Position numbers and translations under genes: made by a program | The notes under the pieces: generated by a model | Database searches by the model: none | The model's input: only the letters and a program-made list of their open reading frames with translations | Told to the model about the DNA's origin: nothing | DNA from: Bacteroidota bacterium | Lineage (GTDB): Bacteria; Bacteroidota; Bacteroidia; Chitinophagales; BACL12 | Reading direction: 5' to 3' | DNA length: 64,000 nt | NCBI GenBank assembly: GCA_016124275.1 | Contig: WGOA01000037.1 | Location: 2,690 to 66,689 of the forward strand | In this document: positions 46,629 through 57,200 of the stretch, piece after piece | How the letters are laid out: each line of letters starts with the position of its first letter | How positions within the stretch are numbered: the stretch's first letter is position 1

Positions 46629-47875
46629 GCCATCGGCACGTTGACGGGCAGCTCGGTAGCGTACTCGCCGTCGCGCAACTTTTTGGAAACCGTCGAAAAC
46701 GCATCGAGCGTCTCGCGAATGTCGCGCTCGGTGTGAGCCGCCGTGGGGATCAGACGCAACAGCATCTGCCCTTTGGGGATAACCGGATACATGACCGCAG
46801 AGCAGAAAATGGCATAGCTCTCGCGCATGTCTATGATCAGCTTGGAAGCTTCCGGAATGGTGCCGGTCAGGTACACGGGAGTAACGCAACTGTTGGTGCC
46901 GCCCAGGTCGAAACCGCGCTCGCGCAAGCCGTCCTGCAACATCCGCACGTTCTTCCAAAGGTTGGCTTTGAGCTGGGGCTGGCTGCGGAGCAATTCCAAT
47001 CGCTTGAGGTTGCCGATCACAATCGGCATTGGAAGCGATTTGGCAAAAATCTGCGAGCGCATGTTGTACTGCAGGTACTCAATGACCTGCTTATCCGAAG
47101 AAATAAACGCCCCAATGGATGCCATGGATTTGGCAAACGTGGAGAAATAGATGTCAATTTCTTCCTGAACACCCTGCTCCTCGCCAGTACCGGCGCCGGT
47201 TTTGCCCATGGTACCAAAACCGTGGGCGTCGTCCACCAACAGGCGGAAGTTGTAGCGCTCTTTCAAGGCAACGATCTCGCGCAACTTGCCCTGGTCGCCC
47301 CCCATGCCAAAGACCCCTTCTGTGATGACCAGGATGGCCCCGCCGGTTTCTTTGACCAATTCAGAGGCCCGGCGCAGCTGGCGCTCGCAGTTTTCAATAT
47401 CGTTGTGCTTGAACACGAAGCGCTTGCCCTGGTGCAGACGAACGCCATCCACGATGCACGCGTGCGACTCGGCGTCGTACACGATCACGTCGCGGCGGTC
47501 CACAAGGGCGTCAATGGCCGACATAATGCCCTGGTAGCCGTAATTGAGCAAAAAAGTGGCTTCTTTGCCCACAAAATCGCTCAGTTCCTGCTCCAGTTGC
47601 TCGTGCTCCACCGAGTTGCCGGACATCATGCGCGAGCCCATAGGGTACGCTAAACCCCAATCTTCTGCGGATTGGGCGTCCACTTTTCGAACTTCGGGGT
47701 GGTTGGCCAACCCGAGGTAGTCGTTTAAGCTCCAGACGATGCGCTCCTTGCCGTGGAACATCATCCGCGGGCCGATTTCACCTTGCAATTTGGGGAACGT
47801 GAAATAGTTGTGCATCAATCGGGCATGTTTGCCCAATGGCCCCCGGTCAGTCAGCAGTTTTTCGAACAAGTCCAT
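46625..47875 (-). CDS. Alpha-oxoamine synthase family PLP enzyme (serine palmitoyltransferase / cysteate-acyltransferase / Kbl-like)
   Basis: NDYLGLANHPEV, DDAHGFG and STFAKSMASIGAF (PLP lysine in an SPT-like F-x-K-S context, rather than the GTLGKA of E. coli Kbl). 416 aa. Confidence 0.7.
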   Translation of the reverse strand: MDLFEKLLTDRGPLGKHARLMHNYFTFPKLQGEIGPRMMFHGKERIVWSLNDYLGLANHPEVRKVDAQSAEDWGLAYPMGSRMMSGNSVEHEQLEQELSDFVGKEATFLLNYGYQGIMSAIDALVDRRDVIVYDAESHACIVDGVRLHQGKRFVFKHNDIENCERQLRRASELVKETGGAILVITEGVFGMGGDQGKLREIVALKERYNFRLLVDDAHGFGTMGKTGAGTGEEQGVQEEIDIYFSTFAKSMASIGAFISSDKQVIEYLQYNMRSQIFAKSLPMPIVIGNLKRLELLRSQPQLKANLWKNVRMLQDGLRERGFDLGGTNSCVTPVYLTGTIPEASKLIIDMRESYAIFCSAVMYPVIPKGQMLLRLIPTAAHTERDIRETLDAFSTVSKKLRDGEYATELPVNVPMA

Positions 47876-48143
47876 AATACGCCTCGTTTTTCCTCGTTTT
47901 GGAAACTTCCAGACACCTTGTCTGGAGCTTGAACAGCCTCTCGTTGCCAGTTAATGTACCGTCTCCTGCCCAACCTTTTGGTGCATTGCACCTACAAGGA
48001 CTAAAAAATGGCCAAAGGCTCGTTTTTTATGCGCCGGAACGGAAAATGGCGACAAAGATACGGCATGTCCTTTTCACCGGGAACCATACCCGTGACTTCG
48101 GGTAAGATTCCCCACATAGCCTTATCTTTGCCCTCCCTGGCTT

Positions 48144-49295
48144 ATGGTACTATCGCGCCTTTTTGCCCTCCTTCTTCTCTTTTTGGCAATCTTTCCCTCC
48201 TGCAGCGGCTATGAACAGCTGCTCAAGAGCGATGATTTTGACCTAAAATATGAAAAGGCCCGGGAATATTACAACAAAGGCTCCTATTCCAGAGCGCTTC
48301 CCTTGTTCAAACAGCTGTTGTCTGTAGAAAAGGGTACGCCGAGAGAAGAAGAGCTTATGTACTACATTGCCTATAGCCACTATGGGCAAAACGACCACCT
48401 TATTGCCTCTTCTCTTTTTAAAAATTATTATACATTTTTTCCCAATACTGCCCGTTCCACCGAGTGCCACTACATGAGCGCGTACTGCAATTATCTGGCC
48501 TCGCCCAAAGTTTCGCTGGATCAGACGGTCACGTACAAAGCCATTGAATCGTTCCAGCTTTTTGTCAACGCCCATCCCAAAAGCGACAGCGTGCAGGCCG
48601 CTAACCGCATGATTGACCTGATGCGGCGCAAACTGGAAACCAAAGCCTTGAGCGCAGCGGATTTGTATTACAAAACCCGCAATTACCAGGCTGCAGCCAT
48701 CGCGTACACCAACCTGCTCAACGATTTCCCCGACATTCCCCAGGCCGAATACATCAACTTTCTGGTGCTGCAATCGTATTTTGAATTTGCCGAGCAAAGC
48801 ACCGTCTGCAAACAAGCTGACCGCTACGGGCAGGCATTGAACACGAGCGCCAAGTTCAAAGAACTGTACCCGGAGAGCAACTTGTTGGATCAGGCTGAAA
48901 GCATCCAGGAGCGCTCCGCGGTCCTTCGCACGGAAGCGGCAGAAGAATGCATTGAACAAGAGCGAAGCCGCGCATACCTTTTCGCAGAGGCTTCCTTGCG
49001 CAACAAAGATTACGAAAAGTCTGTGCGGCTCTGGGAAAGCTACCGGACCACTTATTCAAACCGCAGCGATTTGGATCAAGTGCAACTCAACATTTTGCGT
49101 TCCCGGTACCGTCTTGCTCTGGAGACGGTGCCCGCTTGCAGCGCACTGCCCGAATACGAAAAAGCCCTTGCCGCGTACTACTATTTTGCGGATGAGTTTC
49201 CCGGCAGCGCGCTGCTGGAACAAGCCGAAGACGTGTACGAGGACCTGTTAGAATCTCAAGATCAATCCAAAAAGAACTGCGATGAGCTCCATTAA
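48144..49295 (+). CDS. bamD: Outer membrane protein assembly factor BamD-like TPR lipoprotein
   Basis: LLLFLAIFPSCSGYEQLLKSDDFDLKYEKAREYYNKGSYSRALPLFKQLL has a lipobox and the BamD N-terminal pattern. The gene lies upstream of rpoZ. Confidence 0.7.
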   Translation: MVLSRLFALLLLFLAIFPSCSGYEQLLKSDDFDLKYEKAREYYNKGSYSRALPLFKQLLSVEKGTPREEELMYYIAYSHYGQNDHLIASSLFKNYYTFFPNTARSTECHYMSAYCNYLASPKVSLDQTVTYKAIESFQLFVNAHPKSDSVQAANRMIDLMRRKLETKALSAADLYYKTRNYQAAAIAYTNLLNDFPDIPQAEYINFLVLQSYFEFAEQSTVCKQADRYGQALNTSAKFKELYPESNLLDQAESIQERSAVLRTEAAEECIEQERSRAYLFAEASLRNKDYEKSVRLWESYRTTYSNRSDLDQVQLNILRSRYRLALETVPACSALPEYEKALAAYYYFADEFPGSALLEQAEDVYEDLLESQDQSKKNCDELH

Positions 49296-49638
49296 GAAAT
49301 TGACCAGCGGTCACATTCCCCCGAATGTGGAAACCCGCAGCCTGCGTCAAATTGAAAACAAGTCGGGCAACCTGTACTTGTCCCTGAACATCATTTCCAA
49401 GCGGGCCAATCAGATTGCCTCCGAGCTCAAAGAAGAGCTGCACAGCAAGCTGGAAGAGTTCTCTACGCAAAGCGATAACCTGGAAGAGGTGTTCGAAAAC
49501 CGCGAGCAAATTGAGATTTCGCGCCATTACGAAAAGTTGCCCAACCCCGCCATTCTGGCCACGCGCGAGTTCATGGAAGACGGTACCTACTACCGCCTGA
49601 TGAACGAGGAAGAAGAGGGCGGGCAGCATGAAGGATAA
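49282..49638 (+). CDS. rpoZ: DNA-directed RNA polymerase subunit omega
   Basis: GNLYLSLNIISKRANQIASELKEEL matches the Bacteroidota omega pattern, and the gene position between bamD and coaBC fits. Confidence 0.65.
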   Translation: MSSIKKLTSGHIPPNVETRSLRQIENKSGNLYLSLNIISKRANQIASELKEELHSKLEEFSTQSDNLEEVFENREQIEISRHYEKLPNPAILATREFMEDGTYYRLMNEEEEGGQHEG

Positions 49639-50869
49639 ACGAATCCTGCTGGGCATTAGCGGGGGCATAGCCGCTTACAAAATGGCTACCCTGACCCGTC
49701 TGCTTGTTAAAGCAGGAGCATCGGTTCGCGTGGTCATGACCGAAGAAGCGCAGGCCTTTATCACCCCGCTTACGCTGGCTACCCTGTCTAAAAATCCGGT
49801 GCTCAGCCGCCTGTACAACCCGGTTGATGGCACCTGGCACAACCACGTGGAACTGGGGTTGTGGGCTGACCTGATGCTCCTTGCGCCAGCCACCGCCAAC
49901 ACGCTGGCTAAGATGGCCGCAGGGGCCGCAGACAACCTGCTGTTGACCACTTACCTGAGCGCCCGTTGCCCGGTGTGGGTGGCTCCGGCCATGGATCTGG
50001 ACATGTGGCAACACGCCGCCACGCAGCGCAACCTGGAAACGCTGCGCAAGGACGGCGTCCGGGTTTTGCCCCCCGATGCCGGCGAGCTGGCCAGTGGTTT
50101 AAGCGGTCCGGGAAGGCTTCCGGAACCGGAGCACCTGGCAGCGCTGGTCGCGCAATGGTTTGCGGGCGAAGGGCTTGCGTCGTCGTCGAGCGACAGCGGT
50201 AAAGCCCTTCCCCTGAGCGGCAAAAAAGCCCTGATCACCGCAGGCCCAACCTACGAAGCGCTGGATCCGGTGCGCTTTATAGGCAACCACAGCAGCGGAA
50301 AAATGGGCATCGCCCTGGCCGAAGCGCTGGCCGAACTGGGCGCATCGGTTGTTTTGGTTAAAGGTCCAACCAACCTGAACAGTCGTTCAGCGCAGGTGCG
50401 CGAATTGGCCGTAACCAGTGCGGGAGCTATGTTTGAAGCCTGCTCCGAGCACTTTGCGCAAAGCGACATCTTTATTGCCGCGGCCGCCGTAGCTGATTAC
50501 CGCCCGGAGCGCCCTTCGAACCAAAAAATAAAGAAAAAAGAAGCCGACAGCGACCGGATGACCCTTACCTTGGTTAAGACCACGGATATTTTGGCCGAAA
50601 TGGGCAAACGCAAAAAGCCGGGCCAACTGGTGGTGGGCTTTGCGCTGGAAACGGAAAATGAAGTGGAAAACGCGCTGTCCAAACTGGAGCGAAAAAACCT
50701 CGATTTGATCGTGCTCAACTCGCTCAACGATGCCGGAGCAGGCTTTGGCGTGGATACCAATCGCATTACCCTGATTGAGAATCGAAATAGAATCGATAAT
50801 TTTCCGTTGATGAGCAAGACGGATGCTGCGCGCACCATTGCGCAGCGCATCGTGGATTTGCTGCCCTGA
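49628..50869 (+). CDS. coaBC: Bifunctional phosphopantothenoylcysteine decarboxylase / phosphopantothenate-cysteine ligase
   Basis: KRILLGISGGIAAYK, PAMDLDMW, ITAGPTYEALDPVRFIGNHSSGKMG and AAAVADYRP. Confidence 0.9.
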   Translation: MKDKRILLGISGGIAAYKMATLTRLLVKAGASVRVVMTEEAQAFITPLTLATLSKNPVLSRLYNPVDGTWHNHVELGLWADLMLLAPATANTLAKMAAGAADNLLLTTYLSARCPVWVAPAMDLDMWQHAATQRNLETLRKDGVRVLPPDAGELASGLSGPGRLPEPEHLAALVAQWFAGEGLASSSSDSGKALPLSGKKALITAGPTYEALDPVRFIGNHSSGKMGIALAEALAELGASVVLVKGPTNLNSRSAQVRELAVTSAGAMFEACSEHFAQSDIFIAAAAVADYRPERPSNQKIKKKEADSDRMTLTLVKTTDILAEMGKRKKPGQLVVGFALETENEVENALSKLERKNLDLIVLNSLNDAGAGFGVDTNRITLIENRNRIDNFPLMSKTDAARTIAQRIVDLLP

Positions 50870-50887
50870 CCGAACCTATCTACGGCT

Positions 50888-51805
50888 ATGAACTACCGAT
50901 TACTGCTTGTGCTGCTCTTGCTTGGGCTTGCTCCTGCCCTTCACCCTGCCCTGCACGCGCAGGAATTGCAATGCGGAGTAATTGTTACCGCCCCGCAGCT
51001 CCGCGTGGTGGACCCCAAAGTCTTTAAGACCCTGGAGACCTCCATTTACGAGTTCATGAACAACCGGACCTGGACCGGCGATAAGTTCAAACTGGAGGAA
51101 AAAATACGCTGCGACATCAACATCACCATCACGGACGAATTGGATGTGGATCGTTTTCGCGCGCAAGTGGCTATTCAGTCCAGCCGCCCGGTGTACAACA
51201 GCGACTACCAGACGGTGGTCTTCAACTGGGTGGACAAAGATTGGGAATTCAGCTACGTAGAGTACCAGCCGCTGGAGTTCAACGAGAACATTGTACTCAG
51301 CAACCTGACCTCCATGCTGGCCTATTACGCCTATATCATCATCGGGCTGGATTACGATTCCTACGCGCTCAATGGCGGGACCGCCCACCTGCAGAAGGCC
51401 CAGAAAATTGTCAACAACAGCCAGAATTCAGTTGAAAAAGGGTGGAAACCCTACGACGGCATCCGCAACCGCTATTGGCTTACCGACAACCTGATGAATC
51501 CGCGCTTTGCCGCTTACCGCGAAGCGTTTTACAAGTACCACCGGCTGGGCCTGGATCTGTTTCACGCAGACGCACTGGGCCCCGTCACCACCATTACGCA
51601 AAGCCTGACGCTGCTCAACGGGGTCAACACCAGCAACCCGAATTCCATGGCTATCCAGGTGTTTTTTAACGCCAAATCGGACGAAATCATCGGCATCTAC
51701 ACCGATGCGCCCAGCAAAGAGCAGGCACAGGCCATCGCTATGCTCAACCGGATGGATGCGCAGAACGCCAACGACTACAGAAAGATATTAACGGGCGGCC
51801 GCTAA
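50888..51805 (+). CDS. DUF4835 family protein
   Basis: ELQCGVIVTAPQLRVVDPKVFKTLETSIYEFMNNRTWTGDKFKLEEKIRCDINITI matches the DUF4835 N-terminal pattern. The coaBC-DUF4835-recN neighbourhood is conserved. Confidence 0.7.
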   Translation: MNYRLLLVLLLLGLAPALHPALHAQELQCGVIVTAPQLRVVDPKVFKTLETSIYEFMNNRTWTGDKFKLEEKIRCDINITITDELDVDRFRAQVAIQSSRPVYNSDYQTVVFNWVDKDWEFSYVEYQPLEFNENIVLSNLTSMLAYYAYIIIGLDYDSYALNGGTAHLQKAQKIVNNSQNSVEKGWKPYDGIRNRYWLTDNLMNPRFAAYREAFYKYHRLGLDLFHADALGPVTTITQSLTLLNGVNTSNPNSMAIQVFFNAKSDEIIGIYTDAPSKEQAQAIAMLNRMDAQNANDYRKILTGGR

Positions 51806-51885
51806 GCGGTGCAAGGCCCTTCTCCCTGCTTCCGCATCCTGTATATTTGGGCGAAAGGCCTGGTTGCTCCGGGCCAGTGCGTCCT

Positions 51886-53544
51886 ATGCTTCGCCAACTG
51901 CTCATCCACAACTACGCCATCATCCAGGATCTGGACGTGGCCTTCGGGCCCGGTTTGACCGTCATTACGGGAGAGACCGGAGCCGGTAAATCCATTCTTT
52001 TAGGGGCGCTGGGGCTGGTGCTCGGCAAACGGGCCGATACCCGGGTCTTGTTTGACCTGACCAAAAAATGCGTGGTCGAGGGCCGTTTCGATATCAGCGC
52101 TTACGACTTGCAGAGCTTTTTTGCGGAAAATGACCTGGACCACGAGGCCGAAACCGTTATCCGGCGCGAAATCAACGCCAACGGAAAAAGCCGGGCTTTT
52201 GTGAACGATACACCGGTCAATTTGGGGGTGTTGGATGCCCTTGCTGCCCGGCTGATCAACATCCATTCCCAACACGAAACGCTTGACCTAAACAGTTCGC
52301 GGTTCCAAACCAGCGTGTTGGACAGCCTGGCCGGGAACGACGAAAAGCTCAAGGCTTACGGCCTTGCTTATGCGGCCTGGCAAACGCTGCGCAGCACCTA
52401 TGCCGCCCGCTGCGCGGAGCGCGACCGCGCCCTGGCCGAGCGCGATTACCTGCAATTTCAGTTTGACGAGCTGGCCGCAGCACGCCTGGACGGTTTGGAT
52501 GAAAGCGCACTGGAAGCCGAGTTAAGCGCCCTGCAACACGCCGAAGAAACAAAACGCGGCCTGGCCGAAGCCACCGAATGCCTGCAAGGCGATCAGGGTG
52601 CTGTTTTAACGGGTATTCGCCAGGCCATACATGCCCTGCGGCCGCTTTTGCGCTGGCGCGAGGATCTGCAACCGCTGATGGATCGCCTAGAAAGCCTGCG
52701 CATTGAAGGCGCCGACCTGGCCGCAGCCTTGGAGCAGGCCGGGGAGAGCACCGCCTGGGACCCCGGCAAAATCACTGGGCTGGAGCAGCGCCTGGACGAA
52801 GTTAACCGGCTGCTTCACAAACACCGCCTGCCCAAAGCCGCCGATTTAGTGGCCCTGCGGGATCAACTGGACAACAAACTTGTGGATCAGGATCGCGAAG
52901 GCGATGCCTTGGAAAAAATGGGGGAAGCGCTGCGCCAGGCCGGGCAACAAGTAACTGCGCTGGCTGCTGAGCTCAGCAGCCGCCGTCAAAAAGCATGCCC
53001 CGGTTTGGAGAAATCAGTTGGGAAATTGTTGGGCGAAGTGGGCATGCCCGATGCGCGGCTTTCTGTTGAACTTAAATCTTTGCCAGAGCCCGGTCCGTCC
53101 GGGCAGGATCAGGTGCAGTTCCTATTTGCGTCCAACAAAGGCAGCCGGCTAGAAGACTTGCGCCAGGTAGCCTCCGGCGGCGAATTGTCGCGGCTGATGC
53201 TGAGCATAAAATCGCTTGTGGCGGCCAAAAAAGCCCTTCCCACGTTAATTTTCGATGAAATTGACTCCGGCGTCAGCGGCGAAACTGGTCGGCGAATCGG
53301 GGTGATCATGGAAGAAATGGCCGGTAATCACCAAATTGTAGCCATCACACACCTGCCCCAAATTGCGGCTTGTGGCAAACGGCATTTGTTTGTGTACAAA
53401 GAGACCAAAGGCAAACAAACCCATACCCGACTGCGCGAATTGCTGGCTGAAGAGCGGGTGGAAGCCATTGCCAGAATGATCAGCGGCGAGCAGTTGTCGG
53501 ACGCTGCGCGCGCTAACGCGCGCGAGCTGCTTTCGGCCACTTGA
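51886..53544 (+). CDS. recN: DNA repair protein RecN
   Basis: The internal ATG at 51886 gives MLRQLLIHNYAIIQDL. GETGAGKSIL (Walker A), SGGELSRLMLS (signature motif) and LIFDEIDSGVSG (Walker B) are present. Confidence 0.9.
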   Translation: MLRQLLIHNYAIIQDLDVAFGPGLTVITGETGAGKSILLGALGLVLGKRADTRVLFDLTKKCVVEGRFDISAYDLQSFFAENDLDHEAETVIRREINANGKSRAFVNDTPVNLGVLDALAARLINIHSQHETLDLNSSRFQTSVLDSLAGNDEKLKAYGLAYAAWQTLRSTYAARCAERDRALAERDYLQFQFDELAAARLDGLDESALEAELSALQHAEETKRGLAEATECLQGDQGAVLTGIRQAIHALRPLLRWREDLQPLMDRLESLRIEGADLAAALEQAGESTAWDPGKITGLEQRLDEVNRLLHKHRLPKAADLVALRDQLDNKLVDQDREGDALEKMGEALRQAGQQVTALAAELSSRRQKACPGLEKSVGKLLGEVGMPDARLSVELKSLPEPGPSGQDQVQFLFASNKGSRLEDLRQVASGGELSRLMLSIKSLVAAKKALPTLIFDEIDSGVSGETGRRIGVIMEEMAGNHQIVAITHLPQIAACGKRHLFVYKETKGKQTHTRLRELLAEERVEAIARMISGEQLSDAARANARELLSAT

Positions 53545-53557
53545 GGGTAGACGACCG

Positions 53558-54097
53558 TTAGGGCTTCGCGGAGCCTTGGTTTTGCGTAGCCTTCTCAGTG
53601 TCTTTCTCCGCCTGAGTTGGCATGCCGTCGTACTCCGATGGTGCGGCAACAGCCGGTGCTGCCTGTTGCAACGAGCGGCTCAGATCATCCTGCGCATGCG
53701 TTTTGATGAACTCAGCCATGACTTCCATGCGCGACTTGTCGGAGACAATGAAGTAGGGATCTGCTTCGATGGCCTTTTGGGCGTCCGGAGCCAGCGTAGC
53801 GAATTGCGCGGGGGTAATGACCCTGATTTTGTTGATGTCCAGCGGGTTGTTGTCCGGGCCGGTCACCTGATCCGGGCTCTTGGTGGCATACTGTCGGGTC
53901 AATGACTGGGTTGGCGTGGCGGCTTGCCCAACCTGAAGATTGGCATCCCGGACCAGCGTAATTTTCTCGGCACCAAGCTCTTGTTGGCTAACACCATCTG
54001 TCTTGGGCGCTGTGGAGGTTGCCTGGGTTTGCTGCGCGAAGGCAGTGCTGGTCATGGCCAATACCATTGCTGCAAGCGTATAGAACGATCGTTTCAT
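53558..54097 (-). CDS. Hypothetical secreted protein (~179 aa)
   Basis: The internal ATG at 54097 gives MKRSFYTLAAMVLAMTSTAFAQQ, a signal peptide. The upstream part of the track ORF overlaps the 3' end of the adhesin gene. No family recognised. Confidence 0.5.
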   Translation of the reverse strand: MKRSFYTLAAMVLAMTSTAFAQQTQATSTAPKTDGVSQQELGAEKITLVRDANLQVGQAATPTQSLTRQYATKSPDQVTGPDNNPLDINKIRVITPAQFATLAPDAQKAIEADPYFIVSDKSRMEVMAEFIKTHAQDDLSRSLQQAAPAVAAPSEYDGMPTQAEKDTEKATQNQGSAKP

Positions 54098-54203
54098 GTT
54101 CGTGAAATTCTTTAAGGGTTCTGGTCGAGGTAACCTCAAATATACGCCCTGGGGAGCTGTGGAACAAGCCCGATCAACGGGTTTGAAAAAGCTCGATGGG
54201 TTC

Positions 54204-57200
54204 TTAGGGCTGCCCTTTGAACAGAGGGAGTGCGGAGTGAATACCCCCTTCGACCGTACACCAGACCTGGTAGAATCCTTCCGGAAGATTGGCGACGTTG
54301 ATGGGCACCTGGAATTCTCCTGCCTGCGCAATGACCTGTTGCTCAAAGCGGACTTGTCCGAGCGCATCCACCAACCGGATGCGCAAGGCAGCATCTTTAG
54401 GAAGCGTTACGTTGACCATTGCCTGATCAAACGCCGGGTTGGGAAAAACAGACCATTTAAGCGTCTGGCCTGCTGCTTCATCCAGGTAAATGATTTGGCT
54501 CAGTGCGCCTGTGCCATCCAAATCGACCGTTCTGAGGCGATAAAACTGACCCCCAACTGGGAAATCGCGGTCATCAAAAGCGTAGCGCAGCTGCTGGGTG
54601 CTGAACCCCGCAGCCGGAACTTGCGCAATGGTGCTGAAGGCTCCATCGACGGATGCGCGTTCCAGTTCAAAATGCGACACGCCGGATTCTGTAGCCGTTA
54701 CCCAGCGCAGAACGTTGGCATTGCCTTCACGCTGGCCGGTAAAGGACAAAAGCGTTACCGGCAGCGGACCACCAAAAGGATTGCACGCGTGGCAGTAAAT
54801 GTCGCTGAAGCCGGCCATGTCCAATTCTGCGGAGATGGTACCGTCGCCATTGTTGACGATGCTGTTCACCGGCACCGCCAAGCCACCTGGAGAGGCATAA
54901 CCGGGCGGGGTTCCGTTGGGGTATCGGGTGAAGCACAAGTCATCCAGCGCGGAAATGGCGTAAATGCCTGTGGCGGAAGGATGTGTGCGCATAGCATCGT
55001 ACTCGGCAGTGGTAAAATGAACGGTCAGGTCTGCCGGGCCGTTTACGGCAGGGGTTACCCGCCAGAACCGTCCAAGTACCGGAACGGGATTGCCTAACTC
55101 GTCATCGGCGGTGGGTGCCGCAGCAGCAAGGTTGCACACCGTGGTGTTGCCCAGTGCCGATGGAAGCGCTAAATCGTCCTCCACGCTCATGAGGTAATTG
55201 CCGCTTTGGTCATAGAACGTTCGCGTTTGGCCGTCGCTGACCGAGCAGGTTGCGCAACCGTTGGTCAGGTTGAGCTCGGAAGAAAGCACCGTAGGTTCTG
55301 TTACGGTAACATTAAAAGAGCAGGTGGCTGTTGGATTTCCATTGCCGTCGTTAAAGCTCCAGGAAACCGGTGTCGTTCCAATGGGAAAAACGGACCCTGA
55401 AGCGAGGCCCGTTCCCAGGCTGCCTGAAACAAAACCGTGGCAATTGTCGCCGAACTGTTGCGTGTAGGTGACCACCCTTCCCCCGCAATCCGGTTCATTA
55501 GAAACCACGGATATGTTTGAAGGACAGATGTTGACGAAAGGCGCCTGGTTGTCTACAACCGTTACGGTGAAGGAGCAGGTTTGCGTGTTTCCAGCCAGGT
55601 CGGTGATGCGGTAGGTTTCTGTAGTGGTGCCCACGTCAAAGAATCCGCTGAAACCAACGCCAGCTGTCTGTTCGGTAAAGGCTAACCCGCAATCATCAGC
55701 CGTGTTGTTCGGGGGAACAAACTGGATGCCTTCGTTGCTGGTGGACCAATTGGAAGCACGTCTTCCTGTTACGAATGTTGCAGCCATGCCCGTAGCATTT
55801 TCTATGCCCATGGTATGGTTTCCACCATCAGACGGCATACTCGTGGTGTGAATTTCAATGACGCCGACCCCTTCCTGCAATTGCACTTGCGCAGTTACCG
55901 GGTTGCCACCAGGATGGTGTTGAATAGCGTTGAAATTGAGGACGAAAATGCGGTTCGGGGCCGAGCCCGTGGTGAAGTACTGAATGCTTCCGCCCAACGA
56001 GGGGTTCAAATCTTCCCAGGCAAACGCGATCAAATTGTTGGGCGCAGCGGCATCGGGAATGTTTTGACCGCTGCAGCAACCGTTTGGAGCGGATGCATCA
56101 AACGAAAGGAAGCCGTTGGAGCTCACGTACACGTTCGTATAGGAGCTGCCATAAAAGTTAAAAGAGAATCCAATCGGTATGGCACCGCTAACCTGATCGT
56201 CTGAAAGGGTAACGGAGGTGCCTGTGCCGGGAATTGGATCGTATAAAATACCGCCACCGGTATAGTTGCCCGCTCCGGAACTGTCTGCCCACGGGGGAAG
56301 GTAGTTGACGTACGCTTCGCAATAGCCTGCCTCAGCATTGACAGTAATGTTGGAAGGGCAGCTTAAGGTTGGCGCAACCGGATCGGGGGTGGAACTCAGG
56401 TTTAATGTGGTCGTACCCTCTGACCCATTAAATCCGGAGAGTCGGATGTAAACGGTCTGGCCGGGCTGGATGCAGTCAACGACTAAAAGTGATTCAGCGC
56501 CGGGACCTCCATCATCATCGCAGCCTAATTCGGTAAGGCCTGCACAAGTGCCGGAATACATGGCCAACACAGGATCAAAGCTGGAGCTACCGGTGGATAC
56601 GGTAAAGCGTCTAGCTACTGTGGAGCTGTTGGTAGCCGTGTACCAGACGTCTTCGGTGTCGGAGAAACCGCAGGTGCTTTGGTCGGTGCCTGAAGCAGAA
56701 ACAGTGGTCGCAGCAGTTGATCCAGCTGAAAGTGCTGTAGCGCTGGCGCAGGCATCGTTGGCAGGCCCATTTGGAGTGATGGAGAAGGTACCCGGGCAGG
56801 GGCTGTTTGGCGTTGGCCAGGTGTCAAACCAAAGGTAATAGGTGATTCCTGCGGTAAGCGTCACCACCACTGATTTTGCAGACAAATCACTCCCTACGGA
56901 GCCAATGCAGGTTCCGCCATTGGCCGGACAACTGCCGCTGTAAAGAAAAATGGAGGTCCAGGTCTGGCCTGAAATGCTGATGGTGTAGGAGCCGGAAGTT
57001 GTTGGCGAAAAGGTATAAAGCGCCTCATTGCCACCTTTGTAAACATTGCCTGCTCCTCCGCAGGTAGCAGGAACGGTATGCGCATTTAGGTAATTGGCTG
57101 AAGCACAGGAAAGGGCCTGACCTACAACGGGTAGTGAGGGAATGTTGATGGCAGTTTGGCAATTGAACATGCGCCAGACCAGCGTGGTAAAAGTGGCATT

